A stretch of 64,000 bases of DNA from NCBI GenBank assembly GCA_963667565.1, contig OY763415.1:864001-928000 (forward strand). The letters are read 5' to 3'. Under the pieces are notes generated by a model. It made no database searches and was not told the DNA's origin. It saw only the letters and a program-made list of their open reading frames with translations. A program made the position numbers and the translations under genes. The stretch comes from Acholeplasmataceae bacterium (lineage in GTDB: Bacteria > Bacillota_I > Bacilli_A > Acholeplasmatales > Acholeplasmataceae). Below, piece by piece: positions 51,315 through 61,429 of this stretch (positions within the stretch are counted from its first letter, which is position 1; each line of letters starts with the position of its first letter).

Positions 51315-51611
51315 ATGGCTATACTAGACATTGTAAAAAAAGCACTACTCATACCTTTATCAGAATCATTTGCTGATGACGAGTTGAACACTCACATTGG
51401 TAGTTGCAAAGCATACTTGACAAGTTGTGGGATTGATCCTTCTTATATAAATGATGAATCAAATCCAATGGTTAGTACAGTGATTATTATTTATGTGAAG
51501 ACGTTTTTTGGCTTTAAGAATGATGGGAGTGCAAAAGAACTACCAAAAACATTTGATATGTTGGTTGGGCAGATTGCACTAACACAAGGAGTTTCAGAAA
51601 ATGTATCCTAA
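51315..51611 (+). CDS. Head-tail connector (gp6-like)
   Basis: L..VKK.L...D.EL...I, YVK..FG. Confidence 0.8.
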   Translation: MAILDIVKKALLIPLSESFADDELNTHIGSCKAYLTSCGIDPSYINDESNPMVSTVIIIYVKTFFGFKNDGSAKELPKTFDMLVGQIALTQGVSENVS

Positions 51612-51936
51612 TTCACCCAATATATCCATAAAATTGCTAACCATGGATTTGATTCAAAATTCCATTGGTTCTTCAACATACCAACTTATAAACTCAAAAG
51701 AAGTTATAGGCATAAACTTCAGCATTACATCAAATGAATACTATGAAAGTAAACGATCAGACATAAGAATTGATATAGCACTTAAGATTCAGAGTTTTTT
51801 ATACGATGGTAGCAAGTTCGCTGACATTGCAGGAGACATTTACAAGATTGAACGAACGTATCAGATCGGACAGTTCATTGAATTATATTTGAGTAAGTCT
51901 AAGATCAGAAAGAGTTACATCATTGATTACGCTTGA
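51601..51936 (+). CDS. Head closure/stopper protein
   Basis: S....EYY, Y.I.RTY, IELY, position. Confidence 0.75.
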   Translation: MYPNSPNISIKLLTMDLIQNSIGSSTYQLINSKEVIGINFSITSNEYYESKRSDIRIDIALKIQSFLYDGSKFADIAGDIYKIERTYQIGQFIELYLSKSKIRKSYIIDYA

Positions 51937-52306
51937 TGAACTTGGAATTGCTATTTCTGAAATGGTAGAAGAGTATGCCGAAGAGATTATTGAAAAACTT
52001 GAAAAGAGGCTAGATCAAACTGCACAGGAAATTGTGAAGTACATTAGCACTCATGCACCAAGAAGTGGTGGTTCCAAAGCATTTGCTGATTCATTCGTTG
52101 CTGAACCAATAGGCAGTGGTGTCAACAAGACGATTGTTATCTTCTCAAATGAAAAAGGAAAACTAACTCATTTACTAGAATTCGGTTTTACACACCGTAG
52201 TGGTAAGTATGTTGGTCCAAGACCATTCATGCGTCCAGCATATGATCTGCTAACTCCTAAAATGCTAGAAGATATTAAATCAATTATTGAAAAAGGTGAT
52301 GATTAA
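51923..52306 (+). CDS. HK97 gp10-like tail completion protein
   Basis: AP..G, LTHLLEFG, RPFMRPA. Confidence 0.85.
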   Translation: MITLDELGIAISEMVEEYAEEIIEKLEKRLDQTAQEIVKYISTHAPRSGGSKAFADSFVAEPIGSGVNKTIVIFSNEKGKLTHLLEFGFTHRSGKYVGPRPFMRPAYDLLTPKMLEDIKSIIEKGDD

Positions 52307-52641
52307 TGCAAGAGAAACTAGAAGATTTGTTCGATACACTCAATTCTGTTTTACCAGGTAAAGTGTCATATGGTACAAGAGAAGGGTTAGAAAGTGATCC
52401 AAATTATATCGTCTATCAAGAACTCAGTAATCGAACAATTGTTTATGCAGATGATAGAGCAGTTGCAAAGGTAGCGACCTTTCAAGTCAGTTTAATTACA
52501 GAAAAGAAGAACTTAGGATTAGAAGAACAATTAGAAGCATCCCTATATTTTATGGGATATGAATTTGAATTATTATCTGAATTTGTCAATGAAGACAGTT
52601 CAGTCAACAGAGTATATGAAATCAAACAGGAGGTATTTTAA
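52306..52641 (+). CDS. Tail terminator protein
   Basis: YIVY, YADD, QV.L.T.KK, position. Confidence 0.7.
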   Translation: MQEKLEDLFDTLNSVLPGKVSYGTREGLESDPNYIVYQELSNRTIVYADDRAVAKVATFQVSLITEKKNLGLEEQLEASLYFMGYEFELLSEFVNEDSSVNRVYEIKQEVF

Positions 52642-53208
52642 ATGAGTAATAAAGTCACATTTGGTTTAACTAACGTACACTATGCACTTGCAACTCAAGC
52701 AGAAGATGGTAGTTGGACCTTTGCTACACCTAAACGTTTAGAAGGTGCACAGGAGATTACTACTGAAGCTATCGGTGGAAGCACACAAGTGTATGCTGAT
52801 GATAAAGTGATTGCAACATTAGTATCAAATTCAGGGACAACAGTTACCTTGAAATTTACTGAGATTGATGATGTGTTTAAAAAAGACATCTTTGGTGTTT
52901 TAGAAGACACTAACGGAAATCTTGTAGAAGTAGTAAATGGTGAAACTAAGACATTTGCGTTAGGGTATGAAATTCAAGGAGATATCAAGGCAAGACGTAT
53001 ATGGTATTTTTTATGTACAGCAACACCTTCTGGAGACGCTAGTAAATCAAAAGCAGATTCCATTGAAGCTAATTCAATCACATTGAACATTACAGCTAGA
53101 CCGATTGAATCAGGAAATAATCTAATTTTAAGAGTCATAGCAGGTGTGGGAGATACGAATTATGCAGCATTCCTAACTTCAGCTCCAGCTTTACCAACAT
53201 TTATTTAA
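52642..53208 (+). CDS. Major tail protein (phi13-like)
   Basis: NKV.FGL.NVHYA, YADD, FAL.YE..GD. Confidence 0.9.
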   Translation: MSNKVTFGLTNVHYALATQAEDGSWTFATPKRLEGAQEITTEAIGGSTQVYADDKVIATLVSNSGTTVTLKFTEIDDVFKKDIFGVLEDTNGNLVEVVNGETKTFALGYEIQGDIKARRIWYFLCTATPSGDASKSKADSIEANSITLNITARPIESGNNLILRVIAGVGDTNYAAFLTSAPALPTFI

Positions 53209-53222
53209 GGAGATAATCTAAC

Positions 53223-53576
53223 ATGGAAAAAACACTTAAATTAGGTGATAAGGATTATCGCCTTCATTCATCATTATTTACAATTATTGACTATCGTAAT
53301 GTTTTCTCAACAGAACTATTTAGCGATATCAAGAAACTAGAAAAGTCAAACATCAAAAAAGAGGATGATTTATCAACAGTTATTGATACAATCTTCCGAA
53401 TCATCTATGTATTACATCGCCCTTTCAGTAAACAATCATACAACGACTTTTTGATGTCGTTGGATTTTTCTATTTTAAGTAATCAAAACGAACTTGAAAA
53501 TCTGACGAATACGATAGGTGAAATGCTAGGAACGTTTCAAAAAGGATCCACACCCAAACCCCCAACAAAGAAATGA
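53223..53576 (+). CDS. Tail assembly chaperone (gpG-like)
   Basis: MEKT..G, Y...F, between the major tail and tape measure genes. Confidence 0.8.
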   Translation: MEKTLKLGDKDYRLHSSLFTIIDYRNVFSTELFSDIKKLEKSNIKKEDDLSTVIDTIFRIIYVLHRPFSKQSYNDFLMSLDFSILSNQNELENLTNTIGEMLGTFQKGSTPKPPTKK

Positions 53577-53760
53577 CGATATAAACATAACAGCAAACAT
53601 CATATTCAATCTTGCACATTTGGGTATTTCTATTGAGGATTCAAAAACTTTTGATTTAGATACATATTTTGAAATCGTGGAACTTGAAATGAATGTGATA
53701 AATGGAAATCAAACATCAAAAAAAGCAACCCAAAATGATATTGATAAGTTCCTACTATGA
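53530..53760 (+). CDS. Tail assembly chaperone extension (gpT-like), frameshift-accessed
   Basis: 77-codon open +1 frame without a good start: ...NLAHLGISIEDSKTFDLDTYFEIV...KATQNDIDKFLL. Confidence 0.7.
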   Translation, partial: ERFKKDPHPNPQQRNDDINITANIIFNLAHLGISIEDSKTFDLDTYFEIVELEMNVINGNQTSKKATQNDIDKFLL

Positions 53761-53763
53761 TTA

Positions 53764-53792
53764 TTGTTAAATATACCTCCATTTGATATAAT
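53764..53792 (+). promoter_or_regulatory. Moron promoter
   Basis: TTGTTA-N17-TATAAT with extended TG. Confidence 0.7.
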
Positions 53793-53821
53793 GAATATAA
53801 GTATGAAATGGGGGTTTTGTT

Positions 53822-55789
53822 ATGAAAGAAAGTATGCTTCACAATTTTAAAGGGAGAATCAAGAATTTTCCTACACCAAAAGATCCTTTTACTTCTTTGT
53901 TTGAGGCTATTAGTAACTCTTTACAAGCAATCGAAGAAATTAATCTGGACAAAGGTGAGATAAACATAGCAATTGAACGCCAAAATGAACCGCTTGTTGA
54001 AGGTGGTATTTATCCAATTAGAAATATTTTTATAACTGACAATGGCATTGGATTTAATGATAAAAATATGATGTCATTTAGAACGTTTGATTCTGATTAT
54101 AAATCAAAAATTGGTGGAAAAGGTATAGGTAGACTTAATTGGTTAAAAACCTTTAATAATGTCGAAGTGCTATCAGTTTTTAATGAGGGTAAAGAAAATT
54201 CAATGTTACGTCATTTTAATTTTAATCTTGATGATGAAATTGAGATTATTGATACTGAACATAATGGGTTTAATTTGAAAACTGAAGTTAAACTTCTGGG
54301 ATTAAAACAAGAGTTTTACAGTAGAAGTGCAATTAGCACAAAACAAATTGCAAATAAACTAGTTGAACATTTCACCTCATTATTAGTAATGGGAATTACA
54401 ACAAAGATTAATATATTTGACATGGGTGATGAAATATGCATAAATGATTATTTTGTAGAAGATAAATACATCCAAAGCAAAGAAGAAAAACTAAAGATTA
54501 ACAAACAAACATATGAATTAAAGCATGTGTTCTTAAAGACAAGTCCAAATGAAAATCATCAAATATTTATATGTGCACAAAAAAGAGTAGTAAATCATTT
54601 CAGTATACCTAATATAGAAGAACTGCCAACTAGTTTTGATATCGAAAATAATAAAGCCATTTATCAGTGTTTTATTTCAGGGGATTTTTTAGATAAAGAT
54701 GTAAATCAAGAAAGAAGTGGATTTAATACATTAATATTTGATAAACCAAATGGAAATACCTTAGTAGATGATCAATTGAACATCTATGATCAGATAGTAA
54801 ATGCTATTTCAATATACCTAGATAAGTTCATAGAACCATATAAAGAAGAAAAAATGAACTATATAAGAAATTATATTCAAAATGATGCTCCAGAGTATTT
54901 ACATCTCTATAAAAAAAGGCTCAATGAGCTTGAAAAAATCACATATACAAATGCAAAAAATAAATATAAAATGAGGATTGAGTTATTCAAAATAAATCAG
55001 AAAATGAATTTAGAAAATTTTGATGCCGTCAATAGCATTGAGTCAATTGATGAAGTTAGCGATGACCAAATCAATCAAATAATGGAGAATGTTACTGACA
55101 TTGCAAAATCCGAGTTGGTATCATATGTGATTAGAAGAAAATTAATTATAGATTTACTTCGTAAGATGTTATCTTATGAGAATGCTGATCAGTATTTTAA
55201 AGAGAATAGATTACATAAACTTTTCTTCCCTATGAAATCAGATGATTTAAATATCGATTATGAAAAGCATAATCTATGGTTGATTGATGAACGATTAGCT
55301 TACTCGTATAGATTCTTCTCAGATGAACCAATAAAGAAAATCTTTATAGATAGCAAAGATACGCAAAGACCAGATGGCTTATTTTTGGATACAATATCTT
55401 TCTCTGATTCACTAAATGGAACTGCATCAAATGTCACAATCGTAGAGTTTAAACGTCCTGGTAGGGATGATTATAGCGATAAAGATAATCCGTTTTCACA
55501 GATATATCAGTATATAGATGCAATAAAAGGAAAAACTGCTAAGGGTGTTAATGGAGATATAATAAATGTCGATGACAATACGAAATTTGTGGCCTATGTT
55601 ATAGCAGACTTAACTGAAACTCTAAAGAATCAAATGAGAAGACAAAACCTAAAACCTTCATCCAACCATGATACTTATTTTAGTTACAATGAAGGATACC
55701 AAGTGTTTTTTGAAGTGATACCATATAACGTCATTTTAGATAATTCTGTAAAACGAAATGATGTATTTTTTAAGAAAATATCAATTTAA
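53822..55789 (+). CDS. GHKL (MORC-like) ATPase fused to a PD-(D/E)XK nuclease, moron
   Basis: EAISNS, ITDNGIGF, GGKGIGR, and C-terminal RPDG...IVEFKRPG...Q...Y. Confidence 0.8.
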   Translation: MKESMLHNFKGRIKNFPTPKDPFTSLFEAISNSLQAIEEINLDKGEINIAIERQNEPLVEGGIYPIRNIFITDNGIGFNDKNMMSFRTFDSDYKSKIGGKGIGRLNWLKTFNNVEVLSVFNEGKENSMLRHFNFNLDDEIEIIDTEHNGFNLKTEVKLLGLKQEFYSRSAISTKQIANKLVEHFTSLLVMGITTKINIFDMGDEICINDYFVEDKYIQSKEEKLKINKQTYELKHVFLKTSPNENHQIFICAQKRVVNHFSIPNIEELPTSFDIENNKAIYQCFISGDFLDKDVNQERSGFNTLIFDKPNGNTLVDDQLNIYDQIVNAISIYLDKFIEPYKEEKMNYIRNYIQNDAPEYLHLYKKRLNELEKITYTNAKNKYKMRIELFKINQKMNLENFDAVNSIESIDEVSDDQINQIMENVTDIAKSELVSYVIRRKLIIDLLRKMLSYENADQYFKENRLHKLFFPMKSDDLNIDYEKHNLWLIDERLAYSYRFFSDEPIKKIFIDSKDTQRPDGLFLDTISFSDSLNGTASNVTIVEFKRPGRDDYSDKDNPFSQIYQYIDAIKGKTAKGVNGDIINVDDNTKFVAYVIADLTETLKNQMRRQNLKPSSNHDTYFSYNEGYQVFFEVIPYNVILDNSVKRNDVFFKKISI

Positions 55790-55817
55790 ACACATCGAAA
55801 GGTGTGTTTTTCTTTTT
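55788..55817 (+). terminator. Moron terminator
   Basis: AAACACATC-GAAA-GGTGTGTTT plus T-tract. Confidence 0.75.
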
Positions 55818-55834
55818 CCTGGAGGTGAATATTA

Positions 55835-57844
55835 ATGGCAGAGACAGTCAAAGGATTAAACATAAAACTAACCCTTGATGGTAAGGATTTAGAAAACGAA
55901 CTAAATGGAATCAAGAAAGATTTAAAAGAGCAAAATAAAGACTTACGTGCGATTAATACGAACCTTCGTTATGATAGTACAAATCTTGATTTGTGGAAAC
56001 AAAAGCAAGCAAAATTAAATGATATCTTAGTTCAAACAAAAAAGAAACTTGAAACTCAGAATCAAGAACTAGAACATGCTAAAAAGGCTGTTCAAGTTGG
56101 TGATATGAGTCAAGAGGAATTTAATAAGTTAAAACGAAATGTCCAATACACTGAAGCTGAAATAGCTAAGATGAATGGACAGTTGGAAAAAACATCAGAT
56201 AAAATCAAGCAACTTAGCAACGCTAACTTTGAGAAGATTGGTAAGCTTGGTTCAACATTAACGAAAAGTGTAACGGTACCTATATTGGGTGCCGTTTCTG
56301 CTTTAACAGCATTTTCTATAAAGACTGCTTATACTGCAGATGAGATTGGAGATACTGCTCAAAAGCTAGGATTATCAGCTGAATTGTTTCAAGAATGGAA
56401 CCATGTCGCAACTATTATGGGAACTTCAACAGAATCCATGTCTAAAGCGTTTATGAAAGTAAATGGAATCCTTGGAGATATTGCTACTGGTAATGGCGAT
56501 AAGGTTGTTGATAGTTTAGCACTTATTGGTCTGACGGTTGATGACTTGAAAGGGAAAAATGCTGATGAAGCATTCGAACTTATTAGAAATGCTTTAGGAA
56601 ATGTAGCGGATGAATCAGTACGTGTTGGTGTAGCCAATGAATTTTTCGGTGAAAAAATAGGTACTGAAGTATTACCAATTCTATCAAGTGAAGCAGAAGC
56701 TATAAATGGACTTCGAGAAGAAGCAAGAGAACTTGGAATTGTAACGAATGAACAAGCAGCACAAGCAGGAGAGTTTACTGATGCACTAGATCGTACAAAA
56801 CAAGCAGTATCTAGTTTAGGTGTTGATTTAGCAAGTACGTTGTTGCCTGTTATACAGGAGCTTATCATCAAAGTAAGAGATAATGTAATTCCTACTCTTA
56901 AAGACTGGATTGATAAGTGGAATAACATGGATTCAGGAACAAAAAAGATAATTGCAACCTTAACTGGACTCGTAGCTGCAATTGGACCAGTGCTATCAGT
57001 GGTTGGAAAAGTTGGACCACTACTCAATGCTGGATCAATGGCACTAAAAGCTGTAGGAACATCTGGAATATTTGCAGGAGTGGGTATTAATGCCGCTACT
57101 TTAGGAATCGGTGCTTTAATTGCTATTCTAGCGATGGCTTTATTTCAAAGTGAAGAATTCAAAGCACTGCTAGGTAGACTCATGGAAACATTCATGCAGT
57201 TGCTTCCACCTATCTTAGCGATTGTAGATAGTTTGATGACTGCCTTACAACCAATCCTAGATGTAATTATCGATTTAGTTGTTATGTTAGTCGATTTGCT
57301 TGTTCCAATTCTTGATGTAATTTTAATGCCACTCATTATTCAAATACAGATGTTTGCTGAGATACTAGGACTTTTAGCACCACTGATAACTGTTGTTGGA
57401 GAAGTATTAAATGCAATATTGGTTCCAGCAATTAATGTACTCAAGACAGTACTTGAACCAGTACTTAATGTTGTTCAGAAGATTGTTGAATTTATCCAGA
57501 AAATATTCGAGTGGATAGGCGACTTACCATCCAAAATTGGTGACTTTGGTGGCAAAGTAAAAGATACTTTTTCGAGTGTTACTGAAGGGATATCAAATAT
57601 CGCAAATAAAGTAACAGATGGTATTAGTGATTTTGCATCGAATGCAGCTGATAAAGTTAGTGGATTCTTTGGTGGTATTGGAGATTTCTTTTCTGATACG
57701 TTTAATTTAAAAGGATCGAGTACAGTAGATAACTCGAATTCCAACTCATCAACCAGTAATACAAACAACATCACGATTAATACAACATCACCGACCTTTG
57801 ATGTGGATTCCATCAATAAGGCATTAGGAGGTAGCGTGATATGA
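55835..57844 (+). CDS. Tape measure protein
   Basis: MAE.VKG.NI, coiled coil, G..LT..VT.PI, hydrophobic Pro repeats. Confidence 0.92.
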   Translation: MAETVKGLNIKLTLDGKDLENELNGIKKDLKEQNKDLRAINTNLRYDSTNLDLWKQKQAKLNDILVQTKKKLETQNQELEHAKKAVQVGDMSQEEFNKLKRNVQYTEAEIAKMNGQLEKTSDKIKQLSNANFEKIGKLGSTLTKSVTVPILGAVSALTAFSIKTAYTADEIGDTAQKLGLSAELFQEWNHVATIMGTSTESMSKAFMKVNGILGDIATGNGDKVVDSLALIGLTVDDLKGKNADEAFELIRNALGNVADESVRVGVANEFFGEKIGTEVLPILSSEAEAINGLREEARELGIVTNEQAAQAGEFTDALDRTKQAVSSLGVDLASTLLPVIQELIIKVRDNVIPTLKDWIDKWNNMDSGTKKIIATLTGLVAAIGPVLSVVGKVGPLLNAGSMALKAVGTSGIFAGVGINAATLGIGALIAILAMALFQSEEFKALLGRLMETFMQLLPPILAIVDSLMTALQPILDVIIDLVVMLVDLLVPILDVILMPLIIQIQMFAEILGLLAPLITVVGEVLNAILVPAINVLKTVLEPVLNVVQKIVEFIQKIFEWIGDLPSKIGDFGGKVKDTFSSVTEGISNIANKVTDGISDFASNAADKVSGFFGGIGDFFSDTFNLKGSSTVDNSNSNSSTSNTNNITINTTSPTFDVDSINKALGGSVI

Positions 57845-58671
57845 TCAGACAATTTTATTTAGAAAATGAATACGGTGATATCTATTACTTTAATCATAAA
57901 AATCAGACCATTATCTCTCAAGTTAGTGGTCTTGGTTTTTCTTTAGATATGAAGTATTTAGAGTATAGTCGTTTTTACTCTCGCTCAGAATATAATATTC
58001 CATTATCCGAGATTTCTGAAACATTAATCTTCCTAAAAGGATATCAAGGGTATAAATCATTTGTTGATTTTATCAGCAAAAGTAATAAAGAGTATAAACT
58101 ACACTATCAAAATGATGCTTTCAATGCTTACTGTTATGTAGATATCACTAGTTTATCAAAAGCAGAATTAGTAGCTAGCACCATTCAAAGCAACATCGTC
58201 TTTAAAAAACTATCTCTTTGGTTGAAAGAAAAATCGTATGAGATTATTGCTAATGGTTCATCTAGCGGTAAGGTTTATCCATACTCGTATCCGTATTATT
58301 ACTCTAGTTCCTATGAAGGTAAGGTATATATTAGAAATGATGGACTGAATGATGCACCGATTGTCATTGAAATGATAGGAAGTGTCATTGATCCAGAAAT
58401 ACTGATTAAAAGGAATGGAGAAGTGGTATCGACTTTACGTTTATATTTAACTGCAGAAGATATAACCATTACCATTAACTCTATTCCAAGTAAACAAGAA
58501 ATGACAATGGATGAATCAGGAGTAATAACTGACATATATGGATTACAAGATTTTGAAGAAGACAATTTCATCTTTCTTGAGCATGGTGATTATGAAGTAG
58601 AGTTCAAACCAGGAGTCGCTACTGAGTCGATTTGCAGGGTTACGGTACTTGAAGGCTATCTTGGAATTTAG
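57841..58671 (+). CDS. Distal tail protein (Dit)
   Basis: R.F.L.NE.G, GLG, YPY.YPY, N.G...AP, L..G. Confidence 0.8.
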   Translation: MIRQFYLENEYGDIYYFNHKNQTIISQVSGLGFSLDMKYLEYSRFYSRSEYNIPLSEISETLIFLKGYQGYKSFVDFISKSNKEYKLHYQNDAFNAYCYVDITSLSKAELVASTIQSNIVFKKLSLWLKEKSYEIIANGSSSGKVYPYSYPYYYSSSYEGKVYIRNDGLNDAPIVIEMIGSVIDPEILIKRNGEVVSTLRLYLTAEDITITINSIPSKQEMTMDESGVITDIYGLQDFEEDNFIFLEHGDYEVEFKPGVATESICRVTVLEGYLGI

Positions 58672-58674
58672 CAC

Positions 58675-59793
58675 ATGAAACTATTATTTCTGGATCGTAG
58701 TACTCTGCAGTATAAAGATAATGCTTATGTCAGTAATCAATATGAACTCGCTCTTGACATGGTCCTCATAAAAAGGTCAACTTTCAAAGCAAACAAAACA
58801 AACATTAATTGCACCATTGGAGATATTGTTGTTCTTAAGAATGATATCTATTCATATATAGGTATTTTGGAAAGTATAGAATTAAACGATGATTATACAA
58901 CTAACATTAAGTCTCTCGATTTTAGAGAGATTTTTAATTTGGATATCCCAGCTACAAGTTTTTCTGGTGATCTTGCAGATTACATACAGCAAGTTATTAC
59001 AGCTTACTTCAAGAATAATTCAGATCAAAAACAGAACCTAGCTTATTTAAGGGTAAGTAAAGAAACGAGTGTAACAGGTAGTCTAAGTTTTGAGTCAGAT
59101 AATATCATCAATATGTCAAAGATATTTGAACTTGTTTCTAAAGGTTTTGGGCTGAGTTTTGATACTGATGTTACTTATCTTAGGGGACGTATCACTGGTA
59201 TCATTTTTAGAATTGTTAGTGTGAATCAAGGTATGGTCATCAAGAGCGATTTTTCATCAATATTGAATGTCGAGACGAATGATTCCACCAGCCAACTTGT
59301 CAATAAGGTCGTTTATTATCCAAGAAGTGATAATCAAATTTATCAAACAATTAAGATTTACTATTTACTTACAACTGGTGAAATCACAGAAGACGGTACC
59401 TCGGATGACAGATACAACAGTGTCATGGCCAAGAGTTATATTTATACGGATAATGACTATGAATCACTAGAAACCAAAGCAAGAAGTGAAATGGTAACAT
59501 CCAAACTAGATCACAACATTACATTTACAATTGACATGAAAAACAAGGTGTTTATTCCATTTGAGAATATCTATCTTGGTGATTACGTCTCTTTCATTCA
59601 TAAAGGGAAAACATACGAATCAGTGATAACAGGAATTACATTCAAAGATTCATTGAATTATGCAACGATAACATTAGGAGAGTATCGAGTGAAATTAACG
59701 GAAAAAATACAATTACTTAGTAAAAATACAAGTAGTGGTTTAACCAGTAATATAACAATAACCAATACAGATATTGATGGAGGTGAGTTCTGA
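58675..59793 (+). CDS. Baseplate hub/Tal (ReqiPepy6 Gp37-like)
   Basis: LGD.V, I.GI, ITLG..R..LT pattern, C-terminus DIDGGEF. Confidence 0.72.
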   Translation: MKLLFLDRSTLQYKDNAYVSNQYELALDMVLIKRSTFKANKTNINCTIGDIVVLKNDIYSYIGILESIELNDDYTTNIKSLDFREIFNLDIPATSFSGDLADYIQQVITAYFKNNSDQKQNLAYLRVSKETSVTGSLSFESDNIINMSKIFELVSKGFGLSFDTDVTYLRGRITGIIFRIVSVNQGMVIKSDFSSILNVETNDSTSQLVNKVVYYPRSDNQIYQTIKIYYLLTTGEITEDGTSDDRYNSVMAKSYIYTDNDYESLETKARSEMVTSKLDHNITFTIDMKNKVFIPFENIYLGDYVSFIHKGKTYESVITGITFKDSLNYATITLGEYRVKLTEKIQLLSKNTSSGLTSNITITNTDIDGGEF

Positions 59794-60566
59794 TGGGTTT
59801 ACAAAAAATAACATTTGAAGGTGGAAACGTTACATCTAAGATAGATTCAGATTTATATCATTTTCTATTTTCAAGTGATGTAGGCATTTTTAAAGGGTTA
59901 AAGAATGAATGTAGTTATACATTAGCAAATAACACTATCACATTTAGTGATGGTTATGTTTCAGTGTATGGACGAATCATCTATGTTGAGAATCAAACAA
60001 CGATTGGTGTAACACCAGATTCTAGTAAATATGGATATGTTGTTTTAGGTGTTAATACTTCTGACAACTCAATCAGTTTATATTTAAAAGAACAAACAGG
60101 TAGTTATCCGTCCTTAACAGTAACTAATCTATTAACAACTGATGGGTTATACGAGTTGGCTTTATGTGCATATACAAAGACAACAACATCAGTTACTTTA
60201 ACGAGCTATTCAAGAAAACTTATCAGTGATGACAAGACTCGAGTAGATGATCTTGATGATGAAATTTTAAGTCGTTATTTACCTAAGAGAAGAACATTGA
60301 CTCTAGTAACAGCTGGTACATATCGATTTTATGGTACAAGCTCAGTTGAACTAAGAGATTCAATTATCTATGTGACAATTAACAATCATACTGTAGTGAC
60401 TTTTCCAGGTGAACAGATGTTCTTATTTGTAGGATCGAATACATCAATTTCATATCGTTATGCATCAAGTGATTATTCACTTAGTGTTGTATATCAAGAT
60501 GGGATTGTCACATTAACAACCGGGAATACAACACATAATATAACTAGTGTGTTTACGAAAAAATAG
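59793..60566 (+). CDS. Upper baseplate/receptor-binding-like protein
   Basis: D..LY, G...YGR, YEL.L pattern, position. Confidence 0.62.
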   Translation: MGLQKITFEGGNVTSKIDSDLYHFLFSSDVGIFKGLKNECSYTLANNTITFSDGYVSVYGRIIYVENQTTIGVTPDSSKYGYVVLGVNTSDNSISLYLKEQTGSYPSLTVTNLLTTDGLYELALCAYTKTTTSVTLTSYSRKLISDDKTRVDDLDDEILSRYLPKRRTLTLVTAGTYRFYGTSSVELRDSIIYVTINNHTVVTFPGEQMFLFVGSNTSISYRYASSDYSLSVVYQDGIVTLTTGNTTHNITSVFTKK

Positions 60567-60577
60567 GAGGAAATATA

Positions 60578-61429
60578 ATGGCTATAATTCAAATAAAAAG
60601 AAGAACGACAGCCGGAACTGGACCATTAACTGGAACAACAGGAACAGTAAAAGCTGGTGAACCACAAGTTGATTTTAGTGGTGAACATTTATATATAGCA
60701 AAAGCGGATAAAGTGGCAAGTGTATCCGTTCCACTTGCTGAATCGGATTACTTAAAGATACCAGGAGTAGACAAAGTTGATGATCAGATTGATACAAAGA
60801 TTACCGCACTTAATTTAGGAACAGCATCAACAAAAAACACTGGGACCGGAAGTGGGAATGTACCTATTCTAGATTCAAGTGGGAAATTAGCAGACAGCGT
60901 TGTTCCGAAGATTGCAATGACAAATACTTATGTAGTTGCAAGTCAAACTGCTATGCTAGCTTTATCCAACGCACAGGAAGGTGACGTTGCCGTTAGAACG
61001 GATTTGAACAAGTCTTTTATCTTAAAGGCATCACCTTACTCAACGCTCGCTAACTGGCAAGAACTCTTAACACCAACTGATGCAGTAACCAGCGTAAATG
61101 GATCTACTGGAGCAGTAACAATATCACTTGCTGGTCTTGGTGGTGTAGCTTCAACAACTTATAACACACATGTTGCTTCGAATCTACATTTAACAGAAAC
61201 TCAAAGAACAATTTTGAGTAATGTGAAAGATATTTATATTGGCGATTCAGATGGGATTGCAGTCGCAGCTTCTGAAACGGAATATGCAAATAATGTAATT
61301 ATTGATGGTCTTTTATATGTTGCAGTTGTTGACTCAAACTATACACCAACTAGAATTACTTACAAACTTGGGATTGATACTTCAAAAGTATTAACACCGT
61401 CATCGATTATTGATGGTGGTACTTACTAA
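60578..61429 (+). CDS. Tail fibre protein
   Basis: IQIKRR N-terminus, LGTASTKNTG...GNVPILD..GKL, VTSVNG.TG.V, C-terminus IDGGTY. Confidence 0.75.
   Translation: MAIIQIKRRTTAGTGPLTGTTGTVKAGEPQVDFSGEHLYIAKADKVASVSVPLAESDYLKIPGVDKVDDQIDTKITALNLGTASTKNTGTGSGNVPILDSSGKLADSVVPKIAMTNTYVVASQTAMLALSNAQEGDVAVRTDLNKSFILKASPYSTLANWQELLTPTDAVTSVNGSTGAVTISLAGLGGVASTTYNTHVASNLHLTETQRTILSNVKDIYIGDSDGIAVAASETEYANNVIIDGLLYVAVVDSNYTPTRITYKLGIDTSKVLTPSSIIDGGTY

Noticed and set aside
56389..57027. 212-aa antisense ORF inside the tape measure gene (also 57475-57852, 39620-40102 and the many 60-98 aa shadow ORFs)
   Set aside because: They lie opposite or out of frame within well-supported genes, have no RBS, and show the Ser/Ile/Phe-rich composition typical of antisense shadows.
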